From: Pseudobacteriovorax sp.
Lineage (GTDB): Bacteria > Bdellovibrionota_B > Oligoflexia > Oligoflexales > Oligoflexaceae
DNA: 26,440 nucleotides
Assembly: GCA_050293845.1 (NCBI GenBank)
Contig: JBNKNM010000062.1
Span: 1 to 26,440 of the forward strand
Direction: 5' to 3'
Below the pieces are notes generated by a model. It was not told the origin of the DNA, made no database searches, and was given only the letters and a program-made list of their open reading frames with translations. The translations under genes and the position numbers were made by a program. Shown here piece by piece: positions 19,833-26,440 of the stretch. Numbering within the stretch: the first letter of the stretch is position 1; each line of letters begins with the position of its first letter.

Positions 19833-20711
19833 CTATACATGATGCAGTGGTTGTATCAACCAGCCTTGTTGATCGCAGGCCTTATCATGGATCCCATGAA
19901 TCATAGGAATAGAGTTATGTGGAGTTTTCCATTCTGAGGGAGCGGGTCTTCCTTGGTCTAATCCAGGATGCCAGTAATCAATTCTGTCAATGCTTAGCTC
20001 ATAGGCTATGGCAGCAAAGCCTTCATGGAAATCGCACTGGAGTCGATGATTATAAAAGTCAGCTGCAAGGATATAATGATGATTTTCATAGTCGGCAACA
20101 AAGCAGTGCAAGGTTTGTTCTTGATTTGTCTGGATTAACTTAAAAGCTTTAGGTTGAAACCTAGAAATAACCCAATCTTTGTAGCTTTGGCTCAGGTAGA
20201 TACTACGTTCATAGGATTCATGGGAGGCGATAAGGCGCTGCCATACATTTTCTACAGGAATTTCATAGCATGACCAAGTTTGCACCGCTTGGGCTTTGGC
20301 AGAGCCATGAAGTATCGGCACAGTTTGATAGCCGAGCTTTTGATAAAATTCTGTTCCAATATCGCTAAATAAAAGGGATATAGCCATATTTTCCGATTTA
20401 TAGTACTGATGTACATCACGAATTAGCTGGGAAGCTAAGCCACGCCCTCGATAAGCACTGTGGGTGTGTACGGCACCAATAGCAATTCCGGGGTGAATTT
20501 GTTGGTTAATGAGAAAATGATAGGGGTAAGCTCCTAGGCTGGCTGCTATATGGCCTTGCTCCTTTAAAATAAACCAATTTGCATGCAAATGTTGAGGGGA
20601 AGCCAGGCGTCGTTTAATATGTTCAGAGAGGTCTTTGTGGTGGGGCCATTCACTGTGCACGTTAGCAAAAATTTCGGGCAATTCCGAACTTCGGGCTAAT
20701 CTAGTTTTCAT
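19833..20711 (-). CDS. GNAT family N-acetyltransferase (Eis-like N-terminal domain)
   Basis: Acetyl-CoA motif VHTHSAYRGRGLAS, LFSDIG.EFYQKLGY. Confidence 0.85.
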   Translation of the reverse strand: MKTRLARSSELPEIFANVHSEWPHHKDLSEHIKRRLASPQHLHANWFILKEQGHIAASLGAYPYHFLINQQIHPGIAIGAVHTHSAYRGRGLASQLIRDVHQYYKSENMAISLLFSDIGTEFYQKLGYQTVPILHGSAKAQAVQTWSCYEIPVENVWQRLIASHESYERSIYLSQSYKDWVISRFQPKAFKLIQTNQEQTLHCFVADYENHHYILAADFYNHRLQCDFHEGFAAIAYELSIDRIDYWHPGLDQGRPAPSEWKTPHNSIPMIHGIHDKACDQQGWLIQPLHHV

Positions 20712-20827
20712 TTTACTACCTTCGGCTGTGAAATTACTTTATTATCCGGAATAGTGAAAGTTTTTTATGTAGAATTGGCTTCAACACTTCGAACATACGG
20801 GTCAGACTACAGGAAAAAAGGGGTTCC

Positions 20828-21439
20828 ATGCAAGACAAGCCAGGATTAAAAGTTGAGTTGTATTCAGAAGCTAAACTACCGACTCAATATGGGGAATTTT
20901 TGATTTCTGTATATCGCGACAATCAGAGCGATGATGAGACTGTACTGATCAGCAAAAATCTCAACCCTGACTCTGTGGCCTTTGTCAGGGTTCACTCGGA
21001 ATGCTTAACGGGTGAAGTTTTTGGCTCTTTGAAGTGCGATTGTCGGGAACAGTTGGCATTAGCTCTCACACGCATCCAAGAGCTAGGTAACGGGGCTGTC
21101 GTTTATCTAAGGCAAGAAGGCCGAGGTATCGGTTTAGGTAATAAAATTAAGGCCTATGCCCTTCAGAGTCAGGGGAAAGATACGGTGGAAGCCAATCATC
21201 TTTTGGGGTTTGCCACAGATTTACGATCTTTCGATGTTGCTGCTTTGGTGCTCAAGGAGCGTGGGATCAAAAAGATCTGCTTAAACACCAATAACCCAGA
21301 TAAAATGGCAACAATGGAGGGCCATGGCATTGAGATCGTTTCCCGAGAGCCTTCTCTTTCTACCCCGAACCCCCATAACCGCAATTATTTGCAGACAAAG
21401 CTTGAAAAGCTAGGTCATCATTTGAAGGAACTTTTTTAG
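20828..21439 (+). CDS. ribA: GTP cyclohydrolase II
   Basis: LPTQYGEF, VRVHSECLTGEVFGSLKCDC, QEGRGIGL.NKIKAY, TNNPDK, YLQTK..KLGH. Confidence 0.96.
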   Translation: MQDKPGLKVELYSEAKLPTQYGEFLISVYRDNQSDDETVLISKNLNPDSVAFVRVHSECLTGEVFGSLKCDCREQLALALTRIQELGNGAVVYLRQEGRGIGLGNKIKAYALQSQGKDTVEANHLLGFATDLRSFDVAALVLKERGIKKICLNTNNPDKMATMEGHGIEIVSREPSLSTPNPHNRNYLQTKLEKLGHHLKELF

Positions 21440-21520
21440 GGGGATAGAAGATGGGGAGGAAAGTCGAAGTTTAAATTCTTGCTGCTCGCCTAACAGCACT
21501 TCCCTCCCGTGGAAAGATGA
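21440..21520 (-). ncRNA. Candidate Fur-regulated small RNA
   Basis: Minus-strand 11-bp stem GGGAGGGAAGT/ACTTTCCTCCC (one G-U) with an alternative or nested hairpin TGCTG/CAGCA, directly downstream of a Fur box. Boundaries are approximate. Confidence 0.45.
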
Positions 21521-21529
21521 AGGATTATC

Positions 21530-21548
21530 AATAATGATAATCAATATC
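21530..21548. promoter_or_regulatory. Fur box
   Basis: AATAATGATAATCAATATC matches the GATAATGATAATCATTATC consensus at 17/19, within a longer hexamer array (21523-21557). Confidence 0.75.
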
Positions 21549-21630
21549 AATATATCAAGGTTTTGCTATTTTACAAGACCTTCCTCCAAAAAAACTCCAG
21601 ATGATGTGACTAAAATAGCCAGTGGTATGT

Positions 21631-22116
21631 CTATTTGGGATTTTTTCTCAGTTCTGCTTTTAATTGATGGAACATTTTCTTCTGACTCTTGTTTAAGATG
21701 GCGCGGATTTTTAGCATTTGTTGGAAGCGTATATCCGTCAAAGTTTGTCGGGCTGACTGAAGCGCCTTGAATTTTTCCATAAGATCGTCATCGGTGCTTA
21801 CATTATCAAAAGAAGTTTTGTAAGCCATTTTAGCTGTTTTTATGGCTTTTTTAGCTTCGATGAGCGATGGGCGAATGCCTTTTTTGATCTCCAGAATTTG
21901 CCGTTTTTGCTCCTTTGTCAATTTGAGGTTGCTGTATATGTTTCTGGGTTTGCCTGATCCTGCCTGCTCCTGAACCATATCACCTATTGTAGGATCCATG
22001 GGAATTTCATCAGGTACACTTGGTATTTCCTCTGCTTGGTTGCCTTGAGCTAAGATCGCTCCGGAGATTAAAGTATAACTGGCTGATAATATGATTAATT
22101 TTGTTTTAAGTGCCAT
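21631..22116 (-). CDS. Spy/CpxP family periplasmic chaperone (LTxxQ)
   Basis: Signal peptide from MALKTK (ATG 22116), LKLTKEQKRQI and IRAILNKSQKK repeats. Confidence 0.8.
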   Translation of the reverse strand: MALKTKLIILSASYTLISGAILAQGNQAEEIPSVPDEIPMDPTIGDMVQEQAGSGKPRNIYSNLKLTKEQKRQILEIKKGIRPSLIEAKKAIKTAKMAYKTSFDNVSTDDDLMEKFKALQSARQTLTDIRFQQMLKIRAILNKSQKKMFHQLKAELRKNPK

Positions 22117-22144
22117 GAAGCAAGTCCTTTCTTCGGATGAGCCA

Positions 22145-22744
22145 TTAGTTGACAAAAACGATATCCCCTCGTTCTAGAATAAAATTATCAATGGTTGCTG
22201 ACTCGGCAGAGAGATTTTCAAAGTCTGTTTGATAGCGTTGCTTCATCCCTTGCTTATCCCGCCGAATTAAGACTATTGAGGCTTTATGGGTGCGTAGTCC
22301 CCCAGCGATAGCCAATCCTTCCATTAGGGTCGTTTTAGCTGAAAAAGTATATATACCGGGTTTGCGGACAGACCCAGAAAAGATCACTTTGTAACTATAG
22401 GAATGGGCAGGGGCCACTATTACGCTAGGGTATTTTATATGGGGACGTAGTTTAATCTGTACTGCCGTTTGCAACAAACTTACCGATCGGTTCTTAGCGT
22501 ATACAGGTCCTAAATTGGGTATAATAATATAGCCACTTTTGCCAATGGTAAATCGGCCTGAGTACTGGGGTTGTCTGTGCACATAAACTTCAACAATATC
22601 TTCCGGAGCGAAAACATATTCACCGTTCTGAAGGGAAAAGGTACTCCCCGGTGGTGCTTGGTTTAAGGTTGGCAGTTGTGTGTCGTGGGTCGTCATGCAT
22701 GAGCTAACGAGGACAGCGACAATCAGCCACAGAACTACCGTCAT
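22145..22744 (-). CDS. Short polysaccharide export (OPX/Wza family) lipoprotein
   Basis: Lipobox VSSC, Poly_export motif YVFAPEDIVEVYV...GYIIIPNLGPV, SLBB GSVRKPGIY...TLMEGLAIAGG, ends at LERGDIVFVN. Confidence 0.88.
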   Translation of the reverse strand: MTVVLWLIVAVLVSSCMTTHDTQLPTLNQAPPGSTFSLQNGEYVFAPEDIVEVYVHRQPQYSGRFTIGKSGYIIIPNLGPVYAKNRSVSLLQTAVQIKLRPHIKYPSVIVAPAHSYSYKVIFSGSVRKPGIYTFSAKTTLMEGLAIAGGLRTHKASIVLIRRDKQGMKQRYQTDFENLSAESATIDNFILERGDIVFVN

Positions 22745-22881
22745 TACAAACTCCTAAAAATTATCAGAACCACCTGGAACATCGGTAGCAATTGCCGAGA
22801 GTTGAGCCTCGGAAACTTGGAATTTTGTAATATGCTATAATAATTAAAAATTTAAGAGACTTAATGAGTAGTTTAGCATAT

Positions 22882-22901
22882 TTATCCACAGCTTATCCCC
22901 A
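22882..22901 (+). promoter_or_regulatory. Tandem DnaA boxes
   Basis: Perfect TTATCCACA (22882-22890) and one-mismatch TTATCCCCA (22893-22901), head-to-tail with a 2-nt spacer. Confidence 0.6.
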
Positions 22902-22957
22902 GGCTCTTTGGATGGGGGGATGTGAACGACTCGGCCTAAAGGACCGATCTTCCCATA

Positions 22958-23080
22958 CTAAGCAGCTTTCTTCGCTTTTCTCTGCTTTTTTGACGCTTCT
23001 CTGCGACGTGCACGGGTAGCTTTCGCTTGCCGCGTCTTAGACAGGTTGCAAATGAGATTCCTGAGATTAGTGAGAGTCAT
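22958..23080 (-). CDS. Putative 40-aa highly basic small protein (below the ORF-track cutoff)
   Basis: Hand translation: MTLTNLRNLICNLSKTRQAKATRARRREASKKQRKAKKAA*. The start codon is uncertain. Confidence 0.5.
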   Translation of the reverse strand: MTLTNLRNLICNLSKTRQAKATRARRREASKKQRKAKKAA

Positions 23081-23245
23081 CTAAAAGAAAAGAATCCACT
23101 GTTGATTTGAACTAGTAGTCTTTGTCATTCTATATTCCCGTCATCAGAGGCAAATCCGAACGATCTCGTAAAACGAGCTGTGGAGCTATAAATATACAGT
23201 AATTAGTCTAATAAATACAGTATTATAGCATTTTGTCGCACAGAT

Positions 23246-23307
23246 ACTCAACTATTTAGTTGAATATCCGAAGAGTAAGATGTAAATATTCAACTAAGGA
23301 GTTGAAT
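23246..23307. promoter_or_regulatory. Two palindromic operators, probable ArsR autoregulation sites
   Basis: TCAACT-ATTT-AGTTGA (23248-23263) and TTCAACT-AAGG-AGTTGAA (23289-23306); the second overlaps the RBS and start codon. Confidence 0.75.
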
Positions 23308-23644
23308 GATGAATGAATCGGAATTGAGCGCGGTTTTTCATGGAGTTGCTGACGAGTCCCGACGGAAAATCCTCGATATCCTTCGAGAAGGAGGAGAACT
23401 TCCGGTTACCGATATAGCGGCTGCATTTTCTATGAGCCTTAACGGGGTTTCAAAACACCTTAAGATTTTGGAAAAGGCGAACCTAGTTAAGAGACGAGTA
23501 GAAGGTAGAACTCATTTTATGAGTGTTTCAATGGATGGGTTAAATTTGGGAAGGGAATGGTTTCACTATCAAACAAACTTTTGGAATAAGCGACTCGATC
23601 AAATGAGTCTAATACTAGAACAAGAAGGAGATAGCGATGAGTAA
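23306..23644 (+). CDS. ArsR/SmtB family transcriptional regulator
   Basis: VFHGVADESRRKIL, VSKHLKILEKANLV, EGR, FWNKRLDQ, typical of SRPBCC-associated ArsR proteins. Confidence 0.92.
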   Translation: MMNESELSAVFHGVADESRRKILDILREGGELPVTDIAAAFSMSLNGVSKHLKILEKANLVKRRVEGRTHFMSVSMDGLNLGREWFHYQTNFWNKRLDQMSLILEQEGDSDE

Positions 23645-24065
23645 TCAACTTGAAGTAAGTATCGAACGAACAATTAAAGCACCAGTAAAAAAAGTTTTCG
23701 AAGCCTGGTTGAAGCCGCAGGTGATGGCGCAATTTATTAAGCCTGCACCGGAAATGGAAGCGCCTATTGTAGAAGCTAACCCTGTTGAAGGAGGAGCTTT
23801 CACGGTGACTATGAAAGTAGGGGAAGAGCAGTGGCCACACCAGGGAGTCTATAAAAAAATAGATCGCTATAATTCCCTCATTTTTAGCTGGCTCTCAAAC
23901 CATACTACCGAGGACAGTCTCGTGACATTGACTTTTTCCGAAACGGACAATGGGACCAAAATTCATCTGCATCATAAAGGTTTTCCAAGCGATGAAGCTC
24001 GAAACAATCATGAAGGTGGTTGGGGAAGGATTTTACAAGTGTTAGGTGAATTTTCTGAACAATAA
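23637..24065 (+). CDS. SRPBCC/AHSA1 domain protein
   Basis: IERTIKAPVKKVFEAW, LIFSW, SLVTLTF, HEGGW; 8-nt overlap with arsR. Confidence 0.92.
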   Translation: MSNQLEVSIERTIKAPVKKVFEAWLKPQVMAQFIKPAPEMEAPIVEANPVEGGAFTVTMKVGEEQWPHQGVYKKIDRYNSLIFSWLSNHTTEDSLVTLTFSETDNGTKIHLHHKGFPSDEARNNHEGGWGRILQVLGEFSEQ

Positions 24066-24364
24066 AATTATTTCTCTGAACACAGTGGGGAATTCAGATA
24101 ATCTCCTGCTTTAAAAATCCTATTGAATGTGATCTATTATGTGCTAGGGAGGATGTTGCCAAATAGGTAATACAACTCAAAAGCCTCTATCTACTTGAAG
24201 TAATGTATTAAACCGCAATAATTTGTTACAAATTTTCTCAAGGATGAGGAATGTTATAACAAAGTATAGGAGTTGCTCTAGACTTTACGTTTGGTAGGTT
24301 ATTCGACTAATTTGTAAGTGCCGATCATAAAGCAAGTGAATAGCTCAAAAACCTGGTAGAAAAT

Positions 24365-24487
24365 CACCCCTGAAATTCAACTCAAACAATCGCACTGAGA
24401 GAAGCTCACTATATCAGCAATAAAGTAGAGCAAAATATTCGCGCTATCTACCAAGATATGGAGATTTAGACTCATATCGATCCCTAG
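24365..24487 (+). pseudogene. Decayed fragment of a cation diffusion facilitator (FieF-like) C-terminal domain
   Basis: Frame from 24386 reads TIALREAHYISNKVEQNIRAIYQDMEI*THIDP*, matching the CDF dimerisation-domain pattern L.EAH.I...VE..I.........H.DP, with in-frame stops. Confidence 0.55.
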
Positions 24488-24705
24488 GGGCATCCTATGG
24501 AGTCAGATGGGGTTCCTTCTTATCAGGAAGAACTAATGTATATTTGCTAACATATTCACACTATAATAGTACCTTAAACTTTCGTTCTAAAAAATATACA
24601 TTAGTACTCGTAAGAAAACACGACGGTTTTCACCTAATCTTTAAGAGCTACAAGTAAATACCGATGAGTTAGTACATTTACCATCAAGTAATTTTGGAGA
24701 TCTAG

Positions 24706-25419
24706 ATGTATTTACGTTTGCTTGTAGCAGCAGCTTTCGTGTGGCCATTGTCAGCTTTCAGTCAGGAAGAGGAAACCACCACTGCTGAGGTACAGCCAAA
24801 ACCGAGTCATTTCGTGTCTTTTAATCCATGGTCTAGCTTATGGGTTGATATCTTAAACCAGAATCCTCAACTTTTCACAGGCAAAGAAATTTCGTATGGA
24901 TGGAGACTATCTCAAGCCTATAGCCTTGAATTAGGACTTTTTTATAGAGATATAAATACTAAAGAGACCGAGTTTGATTACTGGAGCGAAATGAGCAACT
25001 CTAAGGAGATTATAGAAAATGATATGGAGTCCCTGGGAGTCAGTTTTTTAGTTCTTAGGAACGTTGTTAAGCATCCGAAATCGACCATGTCCATGGGAAC
25101 TCGTTTAGCTTACAATCAAACTAAAGGTGATCACACCAGAAAGTACTATAGATACGGCGAAATTGGTGGGAATCAAATTTTTAAATATCACCAGAAATAT
25201 GATAATAAATATTCAGCCATTGGGATTGTATTTCAATATGAGTACATTGTCGACGATTATCTATCATTTGGTTTACGATATAGCCTCAACTACGGTAAAC
25301 AAGTCTCTGAAGAAAATGTGGTCCAATCTGAGGATTATCCCGATTCAACCCCGTCAAACGATAAGAGTGTTAGATTTATGACAACCTTTGATGGTGCTCA
25401 TATCACGATATGGTTCTGA
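24706..25419 (+). CDS. Probable outer-membrane beta-barrel protein of unknown function
   Basis: Signal peptide (…SAFS/QEE), alternating aromatic/hydrophobic strands, C-terminal Phe (HITIWF); RBS GGAG. Confidence 0.7.
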   Translation: MYLRLLVAAAFVWPLSAFSQEEETTTAEVQPKPSHFVSFNPWSSLWVDILNQNPQLFTGKEISYGWRLSQAYSLELGLFYRDINTKETEFDYWSEMSNSKEIIENDMESLGVSFLVLRNVVKHPKSTMSMGTRLAYNQTKGDHTRKYYRYGEIGGNQIFKYHQKYDNKYSAIGIVFQYEYIVDDYLSFGLRYSLNYGKQVSEENVVQSEDYPDSTPSNDKSVRFMTTFDGAHITIWF

Positions 25420-25455
25420 AGTTTCAAAAAACATGCTGAAATCTGGAAAACTTCG

Positions 25456-25650
25456 ATGAGCCACCAAACGATAATAAAAATACTGGAGCTTGTAGCAGAA
25501 GTCACAACTCAACTTAATCGAGAACTCGATCTTTCCCGTGTAAACATAGTCTTACTTGACGAAGTCTTCACCTCAGCTAATTCTGCTATTGTCAGTCTCC
25601 AAGCATTAGAAAGCGACATAAAATCAGTTTTTGTAGCTCCGACACAATAA
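25456..25650 (+). CDS. Hypothetical 64-aa helical protein, possibly a fragment
   Basis: ATG-started ORF with amphipathic helical character; no recognised motif or clear RBS. Confidence 0.3.
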   Translation: MSHQTIIKILELVAEVTTQLNRELDLSRVNIVLLDEVFTSANSAIVSLQALESDIKSVFVAPTQ

Positions 25651-25837
25651 ATCGTGATCTTTTTCATGTCCTAGGAAAACTTGGTTAAGCGAGGCGATGC
25701 AGGGAGAACTATTGCTATCGGCTGTTGGTCAAAGCCTATGTGCTTGTTGCTAAAGAACACACTGAGGCAATACAAGAAGCCATGATACGATTTGATGAAG
25801 CTGCGACTTTGTTTGACTCCTATGAAAAAAATTGGCT

Positions 25838-26272
25838 TCAATCTAGAAAGTACGATTTATCAATCTTCTTCCACTCGCTCTCTAAATTATACTCTTGATA
25901 AATCCGCCTAACTTCATCATTTCTATAAAATTTTCTGAACCCATTGTCGTATATTTTTCTCAATTCTTTTCCCCTAGAGTTTCGACAGAAAGCAATGTAG
26001 ACATTAAGGTCATTTTTTAATTCTCCTGCCCTCTTTAACTCGATATTAGTGTTTTTCATAGTCCACAATGCTTGTGGATAGTCAATGTTAAAGGTATCAA
26101 TGCGCCCATCTTTTATCATTTTAAATATCCTATCGGTGGTTTCATCTCCTTGTATATGAATAACATTATTGCTACTTTGCGTAATGAATTTTTGGTAATC
26201 CTTTGATGCTGGAGAATAGTCATAACCATCAACGTGGGCAATTTTTTTATTGTCCCAATGCGCTAGTAAAAA
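25838..26272 (-). pseudogene. 5'-truncated periplasmic solute-binding protein (family 3/PBP2-like)
   Basis: The frame stays open upstream of the listed ORF (WDNKKIAHVDGYDYS...RIFKMIKDGRIDTF...YIAF...YDNGFRKF) up to a TAG at 26273-26275 at the IS end; no signal peptide or N-terminal lobe. Confidence 0.75.
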
Positions 26273-26440
26273 CTATGGGCTTCTAGCCCAAGCCGGTAGG
26301 TAAAGGTTACCTACCGGCTTGATAGTAAATAGCCGAAGGCTATTTACATGAAGAAGATTCGCCATGGTAGTCATTCAGTATTTTCATTAAAAGTGCATTT
26401 GGTTTGGATTACCAAGTATAGATATCATGTACTCACAAAT
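26260..26440 (+). mobile_element. IS200/IS605-family element, left end (continues beyond the window)
   Basis: Three subterminal hairpins (26276-26290, perfect 15-bp 26289-26321, perfect 10-bp 26325-26347) followed by the tnpA start. The exact left junction is uncertain. Confidence 0.82.
26348..26440 (+). CDS. tnpA: IS200/IS605 Y1 transposase TnpA, N-terminal 31 aa (partial)
   Basis: Hand translation MKKIRHGSHSVFSLKVHLVWITKYRYHVLTN, the classic H.V....HLVW.TKYR N-terminus. Confidence 0.88.
   Translation, partial: MKKIRHGSHSVFSLKVHLVWITKYRYHVLTN

Noticed and set aside
21534..21770. 78-aa ORF MIININIS...
   Set aside because: Starts inside the Fur box and runs antisense into the Spy/CpxP gene; no recognisable protein features.
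22820..22930. Call as oriC
   Set aside because: Only two good boxes, no DnaA-trios downstream and no origin-linked genes; kept only as a DnaA-site finding.
22958..23000. tmRNA tag suggested by the AA-stop ending
   Set aside because: No tRNA-like 5' GGGG or 3' T-arm/CCA domain nearby.
23145..23190. GGCAAATCC resembling the start of a c-di-GMP-I riboswitch
   Set aside because: The P2 GNRA hairpin and the following GACGCAAAGC segment are absent.
23187..23226. Repeated ATACAGTA, resembling LexA half-sites
   Set aside because: Direct rather than inverted; no CTGT-N8-ACAG palindrome.

Overview
Bacterial chromosomal window; gene content is tentatively Bdellovibrionota/Oligoflexia-like (inference only). 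From 1 to ~23,000 it is mostly housekeeping: YqaA/DedA protein, TPR-Slt lytic transglycosylase, a minus-strand dsbD-patatin-sfsA-maiA operon, a stand-alone rplX, a MauG-type di-haem enzyme divergent from a caa3-type ctaCDEFG operon, two identical convergent tRNA-Asp(GTC) genes flanking a pirin gene, a three-gene ECF sigma locus, a cNMP-EAL phosphodiesterase, a GNAT, ribA, and a short OPX/Wza plus Spy/CpxP pair. From ~23,100 on it is a more AT-rich variable region: ArsR-SRPBCC, a decayed CDF fragment, a beta-barrel protein and a solute-binding gene cut by an IS200/IS605 element at the window edge. The strongest unannotated signal is a 17/19 Fur box between two convergent genes (21530-21548) next to a structured ~60-100 nt element, a candidate iron-regulated sRNA. 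Also notable: rplX outside the spc operon with a structured leader, an unlisted 40-aa basic ORF, tandem DnaA boxes and the inverted tRNA pair.
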